Of a DNA stretch of 64,000 bases, positions 20,721 through 29,936 are shown one piece after another. Numbering within the stretch: the first letter of the stretch is position 1; every line of letters starts with the position of its first letter. This DNA is from a virus. The stretch spans positions 32,001 through 96,000 of the IMG/VR virus record IMGVR_UViG_3300016469_000277. One strand, written 5' to 3'. Below the pieces are notes generated by a model. The model did not search any database, was not told the origin of the DNA, and was given only the letters and a program-made list of their open reading frames with translations. The position numbers and the translations under genes are program-made.

Positions 20721-20972
20721 TTAATTTTGATAAATTGTTTGATAGTCTTTACTTGAATAAAGTTCTTCTGTTGGTTGTCCGTCGTTTTCTTCCTTACTCA
20801 TAAGTTCAGTAGTCTCAAAAATAGGTTCCCAAGAGTACTCACTTACTTTTCCGTTTTCTACTAATTCTATAGCTAGTTTTTTAGCTTCTTCGTAATTTTC
20901 TGCTTCTACTTCAAAGTTAGTTCTGTTCCAACTTGTTACTTTTTGGTCAAAAAAGAATTGAAATTGTTCCAT
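20721..20972 (-). CDS. hypothetical protein
   Basis: VEAENYEEA motif, 83 aa. Confidence 0.6.
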   Translation of the reverse strand: MEQFQFFFDQKVTSWNRTNFEVEAENYEEAKKLAIELVENGKVSEYSWEPIFETTELMSKEENDGQPTEELYSSKDYQTIYQN

Positions 20973-21637
20973 TAAGAATAGTATTCGTCGATTTTTTCTG
21001 AGACATATTTTAAGTCATTGGGAATTTGTGTCTCTTCAAACATTCCCATTGGAGATTTAGCAGGACGCTTTTTAAAACGATTAGTCAAAAGAAAATACTC
21101 TGAACCGCTTTTGCCTTCATCTACATAAGTATAAAGACAAATAGTAAAGAGTCCTTCAAGATTAATGTTATTATCTAACATCTTGCCGATGGTTTTCATT
21201 TTATAGCTTACAATCTCTCCTCCATCTTCTACAGGCTCAGAGTGGCCAAGACAAAATACTTTTAAGTCTTTTCTTAGTCCTCTAGCGTTAGATAGAATAC
21301 TAAACATATTTTGGCCTATCTGAGAGAATTTAGTATAACCTATCTCAGAAGCTCTCTTCATAAATTCAAAGCCCATTACATACTGAATATCGTCGATTAC
21401 GATATTTTTAATGTGGGTTCCTTTCTCGCTGATATTCTTAAGAGTCTCAACGATTTCTTTTGAAGTAGAGATTTCTACATAGTTCTTGTTCTCTAGATTG
21501 TACATCTTAGAAGCTCCTTTGAAAGGAAGTTCTTTTCCTGCTACACCAATGATTAGAGTTTCTTTAGGATCTAATGTCCTAATGCTTGTTGATTTACCTT
21601 CGCCTGAAGGTCCAATGATACCTACTAGTAGTGCCAT
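20972..21637 (-). CDS. AAA ATPase (AAA_24/Sak4-like; start revised)
   Basis: Walker A GPSGEGKST, Walker B IVIDD, KTIGKMLD, AKSPMGMF. Confidence 0.85.
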   Translation of the reverse strand: MALLVGIIGPSGEGKSTSIRTLDPKETLIIGVAGKELPFKGASKMYNLENKNYVEISTSKEIVETLKNISEKGTHIKNIVIDDIQYVMGFEFMKRASEIGYTKFSQIGQNMFSILSNARGLRKDLKVFCLGHSEPVEDGGEIVSYKMKTIGKMLDNNINLEGLFTICLYTYVDEGKSGSEYFLLTNRFKKRPAKSPMGMFEETQIPNDLKYVSEKIDEYYS

Positions 21638-21648
21638 ATCTGATTTAT

Positions 21649-21951
21649 TTAGTTTAGTTGTTTTCTTTCTATGGTAGTCCAGCCAAAAAATGTAGCAAAC
21701 TGTTGAGCTGCTCTTTTGCAAGCTTCTTTGTTTTTAGAAGTTATTTGCATTAGTTCTTTTCTAGCCGGTAAGCTGTTATAAAGATAATTAGTTAACCAAT
21801 CTACAAACTCTTGTTCTTGTTTTTCAGTCCAAGTATAATTAAGATACCAATCGTCTTGTTTAACATATTCGTCTGAGTAAGCTATACCAGTTTCCTCAAA
21901 CATTTTCTCTAAAATGATCCGTAAATGTTCCTTAATTGGCGTTTTTCTCAT
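21649..21951 (-). CDS. hypothetical protein
   Basis: ORF with TATCTTTG box 4 nt upstream. Confidence 0.65.
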   Translation of the reverse strand: MRKTPIKEHLRIILEKMFEETGIAYSDEYVKQDDWYLNYTWTEKQEQEFVDWLTNYLYNSLPARKELMQITSKNKEACKRAAQQFATFFGWTTIERKQLN

Positions 21952-21974
21952 AACACAAAGATAAAGAAAGTGTA

Positions 21975-23105
21975 TTAACTTTCCAAGTTATATTGTTCAT
22001 TTTTACTCTTGTTTACATAATATTCATAGTTATTCTTTGTTCCTCCCATACTTTGTGCTTTAGGCAATTCTTCAAAATAAGGAACCCCTCTAGCAAAGTA
22101 TAAGCCTAGTCTACCTGATAACCCCGATAGACGATCTTTTAAAAATCTAATACTGCGATAATTGTCTTGTAAGTAATTAATGTCGTAACCCTGATGTATT
22201 TCTATGTCGTATCTAAATGGTGCAAAAATTCCTATCACAACATCTGCTGAACGCTGAGTAGTCTTACAGTCTGCTAAGTCTGCTAGACTAGGTTCTAGTT
22301 TAGCTTCTACCAGTTCACCTTTATTAGTGAACATTTGAGATTCACCACTAGCAGCTTGCTGTTGAATAGGCACAAAAATTAATCCGTATCTTTTACAAAA
22401 TATTTCCAGTCCGTAATGATCCACAAAAAACGCAAGAGTCTCTCTTAAGTCATGATAAACTCCTTGAATGGTTTCGGTATGAAGAAGAGAGATATGATCC
22501 ACTACTACAAAGTAATAAGTATCGTCTGCGTGCTTATAGTAAAGAGGATACTTCTTTTCATCTCTTTCCTCATAAACCATTTGGCCTTTGGTTGAATTAT
22601 CGAAATATCTTTCTACGTATTTTTTTATCCCGGTTGGATTAGAGATATGGTCAACGATTTCTACATGGTTCTCAAAGAACTTTAAGAACTCTGATTGACT
22701 TGCTTCTCTAATCCAACCTAAGATTTTGTCAGGGACTGTATAGTTACCAAAACTTAGCATCATTTCTGGTGTTACTATTTTTCCGTGAGTGTAATAAATA
22801 CAGATAGATATTGCTTCTAAGTAAAGTTTTTCTTTAGATTCCTCTAGAGCAAACCAAAATATCTTAATGTTAAAAGGATTCTTCCTCCACTTAATATAAT
22901 TGGAGACTATGATAAGCCATTTAGTAAATTTTGACTTTGCTATACCAGAGGAAGCAGTTATAAGATACATTTTACCTTTAACCCAACCTGGGTAATTATA
23001 TTCGGTTGAAAGTCTATCTAGGTTCCAAGGAATAGAGTTATACTTGCCTTGTAAGCGATTATCTCTATTCTCTTCTATCTTTTTGTAGACTTCTTCAAAC
23101 TGCAT
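21975..23105 (-). CDS. DnaB-like replicative helicase (start revised)
   Basis: ASSGIAKSK Walker A, FALEES, VVVDHI, QQ, ADVVIG. Confidence 0.85.
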   Translation of the reverse strand: MQFEEVYKKIEENRDNRLQGKYNSIPWNLDRLSTEYNYPGWVKGKMYLITASSGIAKSKFTKWLIIVSNYIKWRKNPFNIKIFWFALEESKEKLYLEAISICIYYTHGKIVTPEMMLSFGNYTVPDKILGWIREASQSEFLKFFENHVEIVDHISNPTGIKKYVERYFDNSTKGQMVYEERDEKKYPLYYKHADDTYYFVVVDHISLLHTETIQGVYHDLRETLAFFVDHYGLEIFCKRYGLIFVPIQQQAASGESQMFTNKGELVEAKLEPSLADLADCKTTQRSADVVIGIFAPFRYDIEIHQGYDINYLQDNYRSIRFLKDRLSGLSGRLGLYFARGVPYFEELPKAQSMGGTKNNYEYYVNKSKNEQYNLES

Positions 23106-23602
23106 TATAATTCTCCTCCAAAGCGGTTTTCTTGGCGGTCTTTTCCTTCTTTTAAATAAGCTTCGCACCAAGTAGCAAGATCAGAGGTATCAAATCCTCT
23201 TTCAGTTCTCTTGTAAACAAAATAGTGCGCTTGACGAATATACTGAGGAGTGCCTTGTTTCTTCCAATGTGCAATATACATATTGGTAGCCCCCATTATA
23301 GTGTCTTTGTCAAAGTTGTATTCCTTAATAAATTTCTCCATTTTCTCGCTGACTTGTTTTACAGAACTTGTCTTGCCAACAATTCCTATACTTTTGCGAG
23401 AAAACTTTTCAATAAACTCTTCAAGCCAATCTAACTCTGTGATTAGACTTAAAGCTTTATCTACGTTAACAAGTTCTAGGGCTTCAGGAGTCCAATACCA
23501 CTCGTTACTTTTTTTCACTAGAAGCCCTAGAGCTACCCACTCTTGAATCTTTTGTTCCTTCAAGAGTATCTTCCATAGTACTTCGTAGAATGTTAGTTTC
23601 AT
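23105..23602 (-). CDS. hypothetical protein (replication-associated)
   Basis: Translationally coupled to the helicase gene. Confidence 0.65.
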   Translation of the reverse strand: MKLTFYEVLWKILLKEQKIQEWVALGLLVKKSNEWYWTPEALELVNVDKALSLITELDWLEEFIEKFSRKSIGIVGKTSSVKQVSEKMEKFIKEYNFDKDTIMGATNMYIAHWKKQGTPQYIRQAHYFVYKRTERGFDTSDLATWCEAYLKEGKDRQENRFGGEL

Positions 23603-23700
23603 CTGTCTTTAATTTTTTGGGGGCATCAAAATTACGTATATAAGTTATACGTGTCAAGTAGTCTTGGGGATTTTCTTCTCTCCTTAATATTTCTTCATAA

Positions 23701-24318
23701 TCATTCATAAATATAAGTTCCTATCCATTCTCTATGTCCTTCTGGAGTGGTGGTTGTTTTTATTTTGTTAGTATTTGCATTTAAAAAACCTTTACCTTGT
23801 TCTCTAATCTCATCAATATTCATTGGGATGGTTACACATTCAAACCCAATAGGCATCTTTGGTTGTGATAGGGATTGTAAAATTTTATCAAACTTCTGCA
23901 TATCAACATAGCCTTTGCCATCCACAATAGAAAATGCTTCGGAAGTTACTCTTATGCCAAAAGTTATCATATCTTCTTCTGTGTATTTGTACTTTCCTTT
24001 TGCTGCCTTGTAGCCAATAACTATTCCTGGGTAAATATCATCTTGAGCAGTCTGATATACAGAGTATGCTTTAGATAGTTGGTTTGCTATATTCGCAACA
24101 TCATCCTCTAACGGCGGCAGCAAATCCACACCTTCAAGAATAGGTGAGCCGTTAAGTGGTAGGTGGCTGATGATGTTTTTTGTTATGCTGTTTTCGCCAT
24201 ATTCAGCACCGCCACTATGTTTTACTTTGTTTATATAGGCATCATAGTACCAACCTTTAATATCACTTTCATCTACTACAAGTAGATAGTCGTCTGTTTT
24301 AATTATTTCGTATTTCAT
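23701..24318 (-). CDS. modular hypothetical protein
   Basis: N-terminus paralogous to 24315..24638; contains KYTEEDM module. Confidence 0.7.
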   Translation of the reverse strand: MKYEIIKTDDYLLVVDESDIKGWYYDAYINKVKHSGGAEYGENSITKNIISHLPLNGSPILEGVDLLPPLEDDVANIANQLSKAYSVYQTAQDDIYPGIVIGYKAAKGKYKYTEEDMITFGIRVTSEAFSIVDGKGYVDMQKFDKILQSLSQPKMPIGFECVTIPMNIDEIREQGKGFLNANTNKIKTTTTPEGHREWIGTYIYE

Positions 24319-24638
24319 TTTATTTTAAGTTTACCTTCAACAAACTCTACTTCCCATTCTGTACCACCAATATAACCTTTCCAACTTTTCTCACCAATTA
24401 GTTCTTTTACTTCTGATAAGAAAATAATTTCTCCACCAAACCATTCAAGTGATTGTGTTGAGTGGGTGATTTTTGCATAACCTCTTCCATTCAACGATTT
24501 AGAATTGATTATATCGGCTAAACTTCTATTAGCTTGTACAATTATTCCATTGTCAAAACTGTATAACCAATTCCCTTCTTTAATCTCTGAATCATCCACT
24601 ATAATATAGTAGTCTGTGTTAATTTTAATTAATTTCAT
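24315..24638 (-). CDS. modular hypothetical protein
   Basis: LIKINTDYYIIVDDSEIKEG...KITHS. Confidence 0.7.
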   Translation of the reverse strand: MKLIKINTDYYIIVDDSEIKEGNWLYSFDNGIIVQANRSLADIINSKSLNGRGYAKITHSTQSLEWFGGEIIFLSEVKELIGEKSWKGYIGGTEWEVEFVEGKLKIK

Positions 24639-24656
24639 TTTATTTTAAGTTTAATT

Positions 24657-25550
24657 CTAGAAGCAATAACGAATAGTATTCCATCCGATAATTTCATCGT
24701 GTAGTCTTGTCCACTCTTTAATGTATTGAGCTTTCAATCCTGCTTTGTAGCGGATATTCTTTCCGCCAAACTGAGAGATTTTACTTTCTTGGATTTCAGG
24801 TTTCCAAATTAAGTGTTCTCCGGGTGTTCCGTAAATTAAGTTTCTTTTGTGCTTCTCCTCATTATGGGTAAGGAAGATAACTTCTGCTTTGACTAATTCC
24901 TTATAACTAACGTATTCGTTTACTTGTTTAAACAAATATTCATAATGCTCTAACCATCTATCATGGACTATAACAGGACTAAAGTTTATGTGAACATCGT
25001 ATCCAGCTTCTATGAATCTATTAATTGCTTTGATTCTAGCATCTATAGAACTTGTGTTAGGTTCTAATAAGTCCGAATAGTGCTGAGGCATAAGACTAAA
25101 CCTTATACGTATCTTTCCTTCAGGATTGTACGTACAAAGTTTATCGTTTACATACTTAGTTGCTAAGGATCCCATAGCCCTAGGATGATTCTTAAAGAAG
25201 TCAAAGATGTATTCCCACTCAATATGTTTTGCGTGTAGTGGTAAATCGAAATTGCATCCGATGTCGTAGCTTATAAACTCAGGATGTGTTTGATTCGGTT
25301 TATCCACTACCGCAAACATAGCGTGATTATTAATTTCCGTTAAGATTTGATTTACATTTGTAGAGATTGTTATTCCTTCAGTAACATGTCTTTTACAAGT
25401 ACAATAACTACAGTTATAACCACAGCCAAAAGCAAAACTTGGACTAATAAAATCTGTTGATCTTCCCGAAGGTCTAATAATCATAGACTTTCGAGTTACT
25501 TTTTCAACTAAATGGTTTTGGTTGAATCCAAGTGATGTTTTCTTTGCCAT
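24657..25550 (-). CDS. spore photoproduct lyase-like radical SAM protein
   Basis: CGYNCSYC motif; ATKY, RIRFSLMP, NFSPVI typical of SplB-like proteins. Confidence 0.8.
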   Translation of the reverse strand: MAKKTSLGFNQNHLVEKVTRKSMIIRPSGRSTDFISPSFAFGCGYNCSYCTCKRHVTEGITISTNVNQILTEINNHAMFAVVDKPNQTHPEFISYDIGCNFDLPLHAKHIEWEYIFDFFKNHPRAMGSLATKYVNDKLCTYNPEGKIRIRFSLMPQHYSDLLEPNTSSIDARIKAINRFIEAGYDVHINFSPVIVHDRWLEHYEYLFKQVNEYVSYKELVKAEVIFLTHNEEKHKRNLIYGTPGEHLIWKPEIQESKISQFGGKNIRYKAGLKAQYIKEWTRLHDEIIGWNTIRYCF

Positions 25551-26562
25551 AATATTCTAGTCCTTTACGAGTCCAAACAATATCTCTGGTATTGTTCATG
25601 CAGATAATGTGAAGTTCTGCTTTTTCTCCTTCTAAGAAATTAAGAGTTCTTGCGATTCTTTGCGCTGCTTTAGAACTAGAAGCATAAGTATGAAGAATGA
25701 TTGCTTTGTTTAAGTTGGGAAAAGTCACACCTGCGTTTAACTGATTTACAGTAGCCAGAAAGTTAATTTCTCCTTCGTTGAACATTCTTAGATTCTCTTT
25801 ATTTACTTCGTCAGAGTTTTTAGAATGATACCCATAACGACAAATCTCTCCGCATTGTTGGATAGTTTCCACAAAAACTAAGCATCTGTTGAAAGTACTC
25901 AACAATTCTCTTAATTTATTCCACTTAGTTTGGCTTCCTGCAATACTTTGGATTAGTCTAAGCATCATGTGAAAATTCTCATCTGACTTAGATTCATAAA
26001 AGTTAATCTGAGCCTTTTCACTCCACATACCTCCAGACTTTCTAGGAATGTTTCTAATCTCTGAAGGATTAACCAAGTGTACGTAAATATGATAAGGTTT
26101 ATTTAAAATACCTGTGGTTTCGTCAATAGTTCTTTCGTATCTGACAGGAGTTAAGGTTTCGATAAAAAGCCTTTTTCTAGTACCCTTACGAGGAATAGTA
26201 CCTGTTAGACCGTTTAGAATCTTAGGACGATCTTGAGCAATAAATTGCCATTTAGCTTCAGATAGTTGGTCAATCTCATCAATGATAACAGCGTCATATT
26301 TTCTTAAATCTTGTTTGTCTAGACTAGCAAAAGTTGTAAAAGTGATATGGTCTACATTAAATCCGAACTTTTCTGCGTCAGATTTCCAAGCTTCTGCAAT
26401 AGATTTATTAGGATAAGCTACTAGTACCTCATCATAATAATCTGCTAGCTTCAATCCTACGACGGTTTTACCGCTACGCATAGGCATAACAGCTGTTCCG
26501 CTTCTTGCTTTTAAAGCCTCGAAAGCTTCTTCTTGGTATTCTGCTCTTACATCATTACTCAT
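25504..26562 (-). CDS. SF2 helicase (start revised)
   Basis: MPMRSGKT, IIDEID, GLTGT, QRIART. Confidence 0.85.
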   Translation of the reverse strand: MSNDVRAEYQEEAFEALKARSGTAVMPMRSGKTVVGLKLADYYDEVLVAYPNKSIAEAWKSDAEKFGFNVDHITFTTFASLDKQDLRKYDAVIIDEIDQLSEAKWQFIAQDRPKILNGLTGTIPRKGTRKRLFIETLTPVRYERTIDETTGILNKPYHIYVHLVNPSEIRNIPRKSGGMWSEKAQINFYESKSDENFHMMLRLIQSIAGSQTKWNKLRELLSTFNRCLVFVETIQQCGEICRYGYHSKNSDEVNKENLRMFNEGEINFLATVNQLNAGVTFPNLNKAIILHTYASSSKAAQRIARTLNFLEGEKAELHIICMNNTRDIVWTRKGLEYYGKENITWIQPKPFS

Positions 26563-29500
26563 TGTTGTTAAATGTTTCGTTGTAGTATTGTTCTGCCGAT
26601 TTGTATTTTTGTTCCCAAGTTCCATCTGGTAGGTCAATACAATAATCTCCTTTGTCCCAAGCATCTTCAATCTCCTCCTTGTGCATTGCTTTGGCTTTTT
26701 CAAAAATTTCAACTTCTGTTTTAAATTCTGTTGAATTACCTGATACCATTGCATGTAAATTTTTGCGATAAAATTCTAAGCTACTTAACTTTTTATTTTC
26801 CATCTTGTTTATTCTTCAATTTCTATTAAACATTCGTTATAGCCTTTTTCGTAATATTCTTGGTTTTGATTTTCCTCTATTGCTTTGGCTTGTTTTTTTA
26901 CATTATTAAGATGTTCTAATTCTGACCAAGAAAGTTTACTACTAAAAGCAGTAAATACTTCATTGTAGAAAAATTCTACGCTACTTTGTTTGTCAGTCAT
27001 TTTGTTAAATGTTTGTACTTAGCTTGAATGTTAAGTTGAAAGCTCTTTTCTTCTTGAACAAATTCATCAAGTGTAAAGTACTTTTGATGAATTGGTTCAT
27101 TTCGACGAATCCAGCTTCTTTTTGTCCAAGAAAGACTTGTAATCTTATATAAACGAATTGTTTCTGAACTAGTCTCAATAGATACTGGAGCTGTGTTAAA
27201 AAGTACATAAAGTTGCCCATTGTTGCTTGAGTTATCTCCTTCAAAAAATAAAGATATTTCCGTATTGTTTGGGTTTTTTAAATAATACTCATCTTCAAAC
27301 ATTTTAGTAACACAATTTGTCCCGTATGTAAGATTCACTGGGTCAAATTCTTTGTTAAATTCGTCAATCTGTTTGTGGAATTTTTCTTTTAATTCTCTAG
27401 CCATAGCTTTATTAAAACTATAAATAGACTTTCTGAATGCTTCTATACTATCTATGTTTTGTTTAAGAGTAGCCATTGAAAATCTACCTGGAGTTTCAGC
27501 AGGAGGATTTAAACGAGTAAATTCTTTTTGTAAATCTAAGATTAGGTTATTTTGAAATTCTGTTAAGTTTGTCATTTTAAATAGATGATTTATTTGCGTT
27601 CATTTTTTGTTTAAAATAATTAAATACTTCAGGAATATGTTTTTTATAGTAAGGTTGATTATCTTTACACCAAGTTTTTAACTCTGAGTCTGTCTTAAAA
27701 GGCTTTATATGTGATCTATTTGACATAATCATGTTAAATATTGGTTCTAAGTCTTCAATAAAATCTTGAACAGTCCAGCCTTCCCAGATATGTTTGTCTA
27801 AGTTTGTCATTTGTATTTTCTAATTAAGTTAAAAGTTTCTTTGAGATTTGTCATTTCTAATTCTCCGTTAAAAAAAGCAATAGTAAATCCATGGTTAGCT
27901 GTCCAATCTTCTTTCTTTACTCTTTTGCCGTTCACATGAGTTAAATAAATCCAAGGAAAGTTTCCCATTAAGTCTAAACGGATTCCTATTTTTTGTAATC
28001 TTTCGACTAATTTGTTTAAAGTATTTAAAGGTGACATTAGTATTCTCTTTTAGGGGTAAATTTTTCTACATTTGTAATGTATTCATCAACAATAGAAGTA
28101 CGAGTTCCTGTATAGTATCTCTCGCCTATTTTAAAAGCTCTGTGTATCTCAGTTTTTCCTTCATAATTAACCTCTACCATATATTGATTGTCTGGATTAA
28201 ACCTAGAGTGAAATACTAAGGTATCGGCTTCTTTTTCTAAACTATTTGGATACAATGGATTTTTGTTTAACCACTCAAACAAATGAATTCTCTGTCCTTC
28301 TGTCATTTGATGCCAATACTTATCTGTTAGGTTGTGCCAAAACATAGTTCTTGCTATAGGTCGAGGAGGAATACAGGCTTCAGCTAAAAAAGCCAATTCA
28401 AAGAAATCTATTACAAATCTTGTTTCTTGTTTTGGATCAGAAGTTACTTGTTCTTGTTTTAGCTTTTTCATCTTTTGCAGCATTCTTTAAATCGTTATAA
28501 AGTTGTTCTATTCTCTTGTACATTATTCTTAAATAAAAAAATCTAAGCTCTTTGTTTTGTTTGTAAGTTTTTCTTTTGCGGAACTTAGACTTTCTTTTTC
28601 TTTGAATTTTCATATCTTTTCCAACTGCTTTTTTACTTCTTGCCAATATTTAAATTCCAAAGTATAATATGTATAATGTATTGCATATAAATCTAATATC
28701 TCATCCACTGCTATCAAAGCACATTGTTTGGCTGTTTTATGTTCTAATTGTCCTTCGTCAGTAAACGATGGTATTGAATAAAAAAATGCTTCGTATAACT
28801 CATCAGCTTTTTCTTTTGGTGTCATAACTTTTCTAATTCAATTTTAACTTCTAAATAATGATTATAAATATCGTCATGAGCAAAGAATGCTACTTTTAAA
28901 ATCTTGTCTACTGCGATTAAAGCACATTGTTTAGCAAAATATAAAGTTATTAGACTAGATGCGTCTGAATGTACTTTATACATTTCTTTTACTAGCTCCA
29001 CTGCTTCTTCTTTTGGGCTAATCATTCTTCTTGGTTCTTTTGTATTTTGCTTTTTAGTTCTTCTGCGTAAAACTGTTCTACTAAAGTACAATAATTATCG
29101 TAGTCAAATTTAATTACATCTGAATCTATAAGTACCCCAAAATCAATTGCTTTTTCTACCAATTGGTGTTCTTTGGTTTTGGCCTGGTGAATTACTTCTT
29201 TAGGAATGGAGACTTTAATAAATCCCCATCCTTGTCCTTGTATTTCGTTTAAAAGCCAATCTACTGCTGATTCCATTACATTCTTTTTATTAGTCCTTCG
29301 TCTATGTCAAAGTCTGAACCTAGTTTTTCGTTAACGCGATTAGCTGAAAATCCAGCAGCCAGCATAAGAGATTTAAACATCTCTACTATTTCTGTAGAAG
29401 TTAAATCTGAGTTAGGTTTTTCTATTGTGATTTTTTCTCCGTAATGTTCTAGAGTAAGTCTGAACGGAAATTCTAAATTATTCTTCATATTTGTCTATTT

Positions 29501-29877
29501 CGATTAATACTTGTTCCCAAAAGTCTCTACCTCTATCTGCTGTTGTAAAGTCTAAGACTTCATGAGCTAGTTTACGAGCAAAAGCTTGAGCAGTTGGAAG
29601 ATAAATTAAACTATAGTCTGATAGTTTAACTCTTGGGTGATTTAAAAAGAACTCTATTAGTTCTTTAGCTTTCTTTCTTGGGTTCAGTTGTTCCATTTAC
29701 AATTTCATTTAATTGGTTAAGGATAGCTTGCTGTGTTTGCCCCCAATACATATCACACTTAGTTCCTTTTCTTGGAGATTCAACAAAATAAGATTGTAAA
29801 ATATCAGCAGGAGCTGTGAACCTGTAACAAGCTTCTTTCATAGGGCATTCTTGGTCTTTACATTTAGTTATGTCCAT
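26555..29877 (-). other. array of ~12 small accessory CDSs, including KQTAV-like (26555, 26809, 29022) and MTPKEKA-like (28610, 28822-29025, 29478) paralogues
   Basis: Overlapping start/stop coupling and shared motifs. Confidence 0.7.
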
Positions 29878-29892
29878 TTTAGTTTAAATTAA

Positions 29893-29917
29893 GTAAGGGA
29901 GCCGAAGCCCCCTTACT
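29893..29917 (-). terminator. intrinsic terminator-like hairpin
   Basis: GTAAGGG.GC-cgaa-GC.CCCTTAC (UUCG loop on - strand). Confidence 0.6.
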
Positions 29918-29936
29918 AGTTACAAATTTACAAAAT

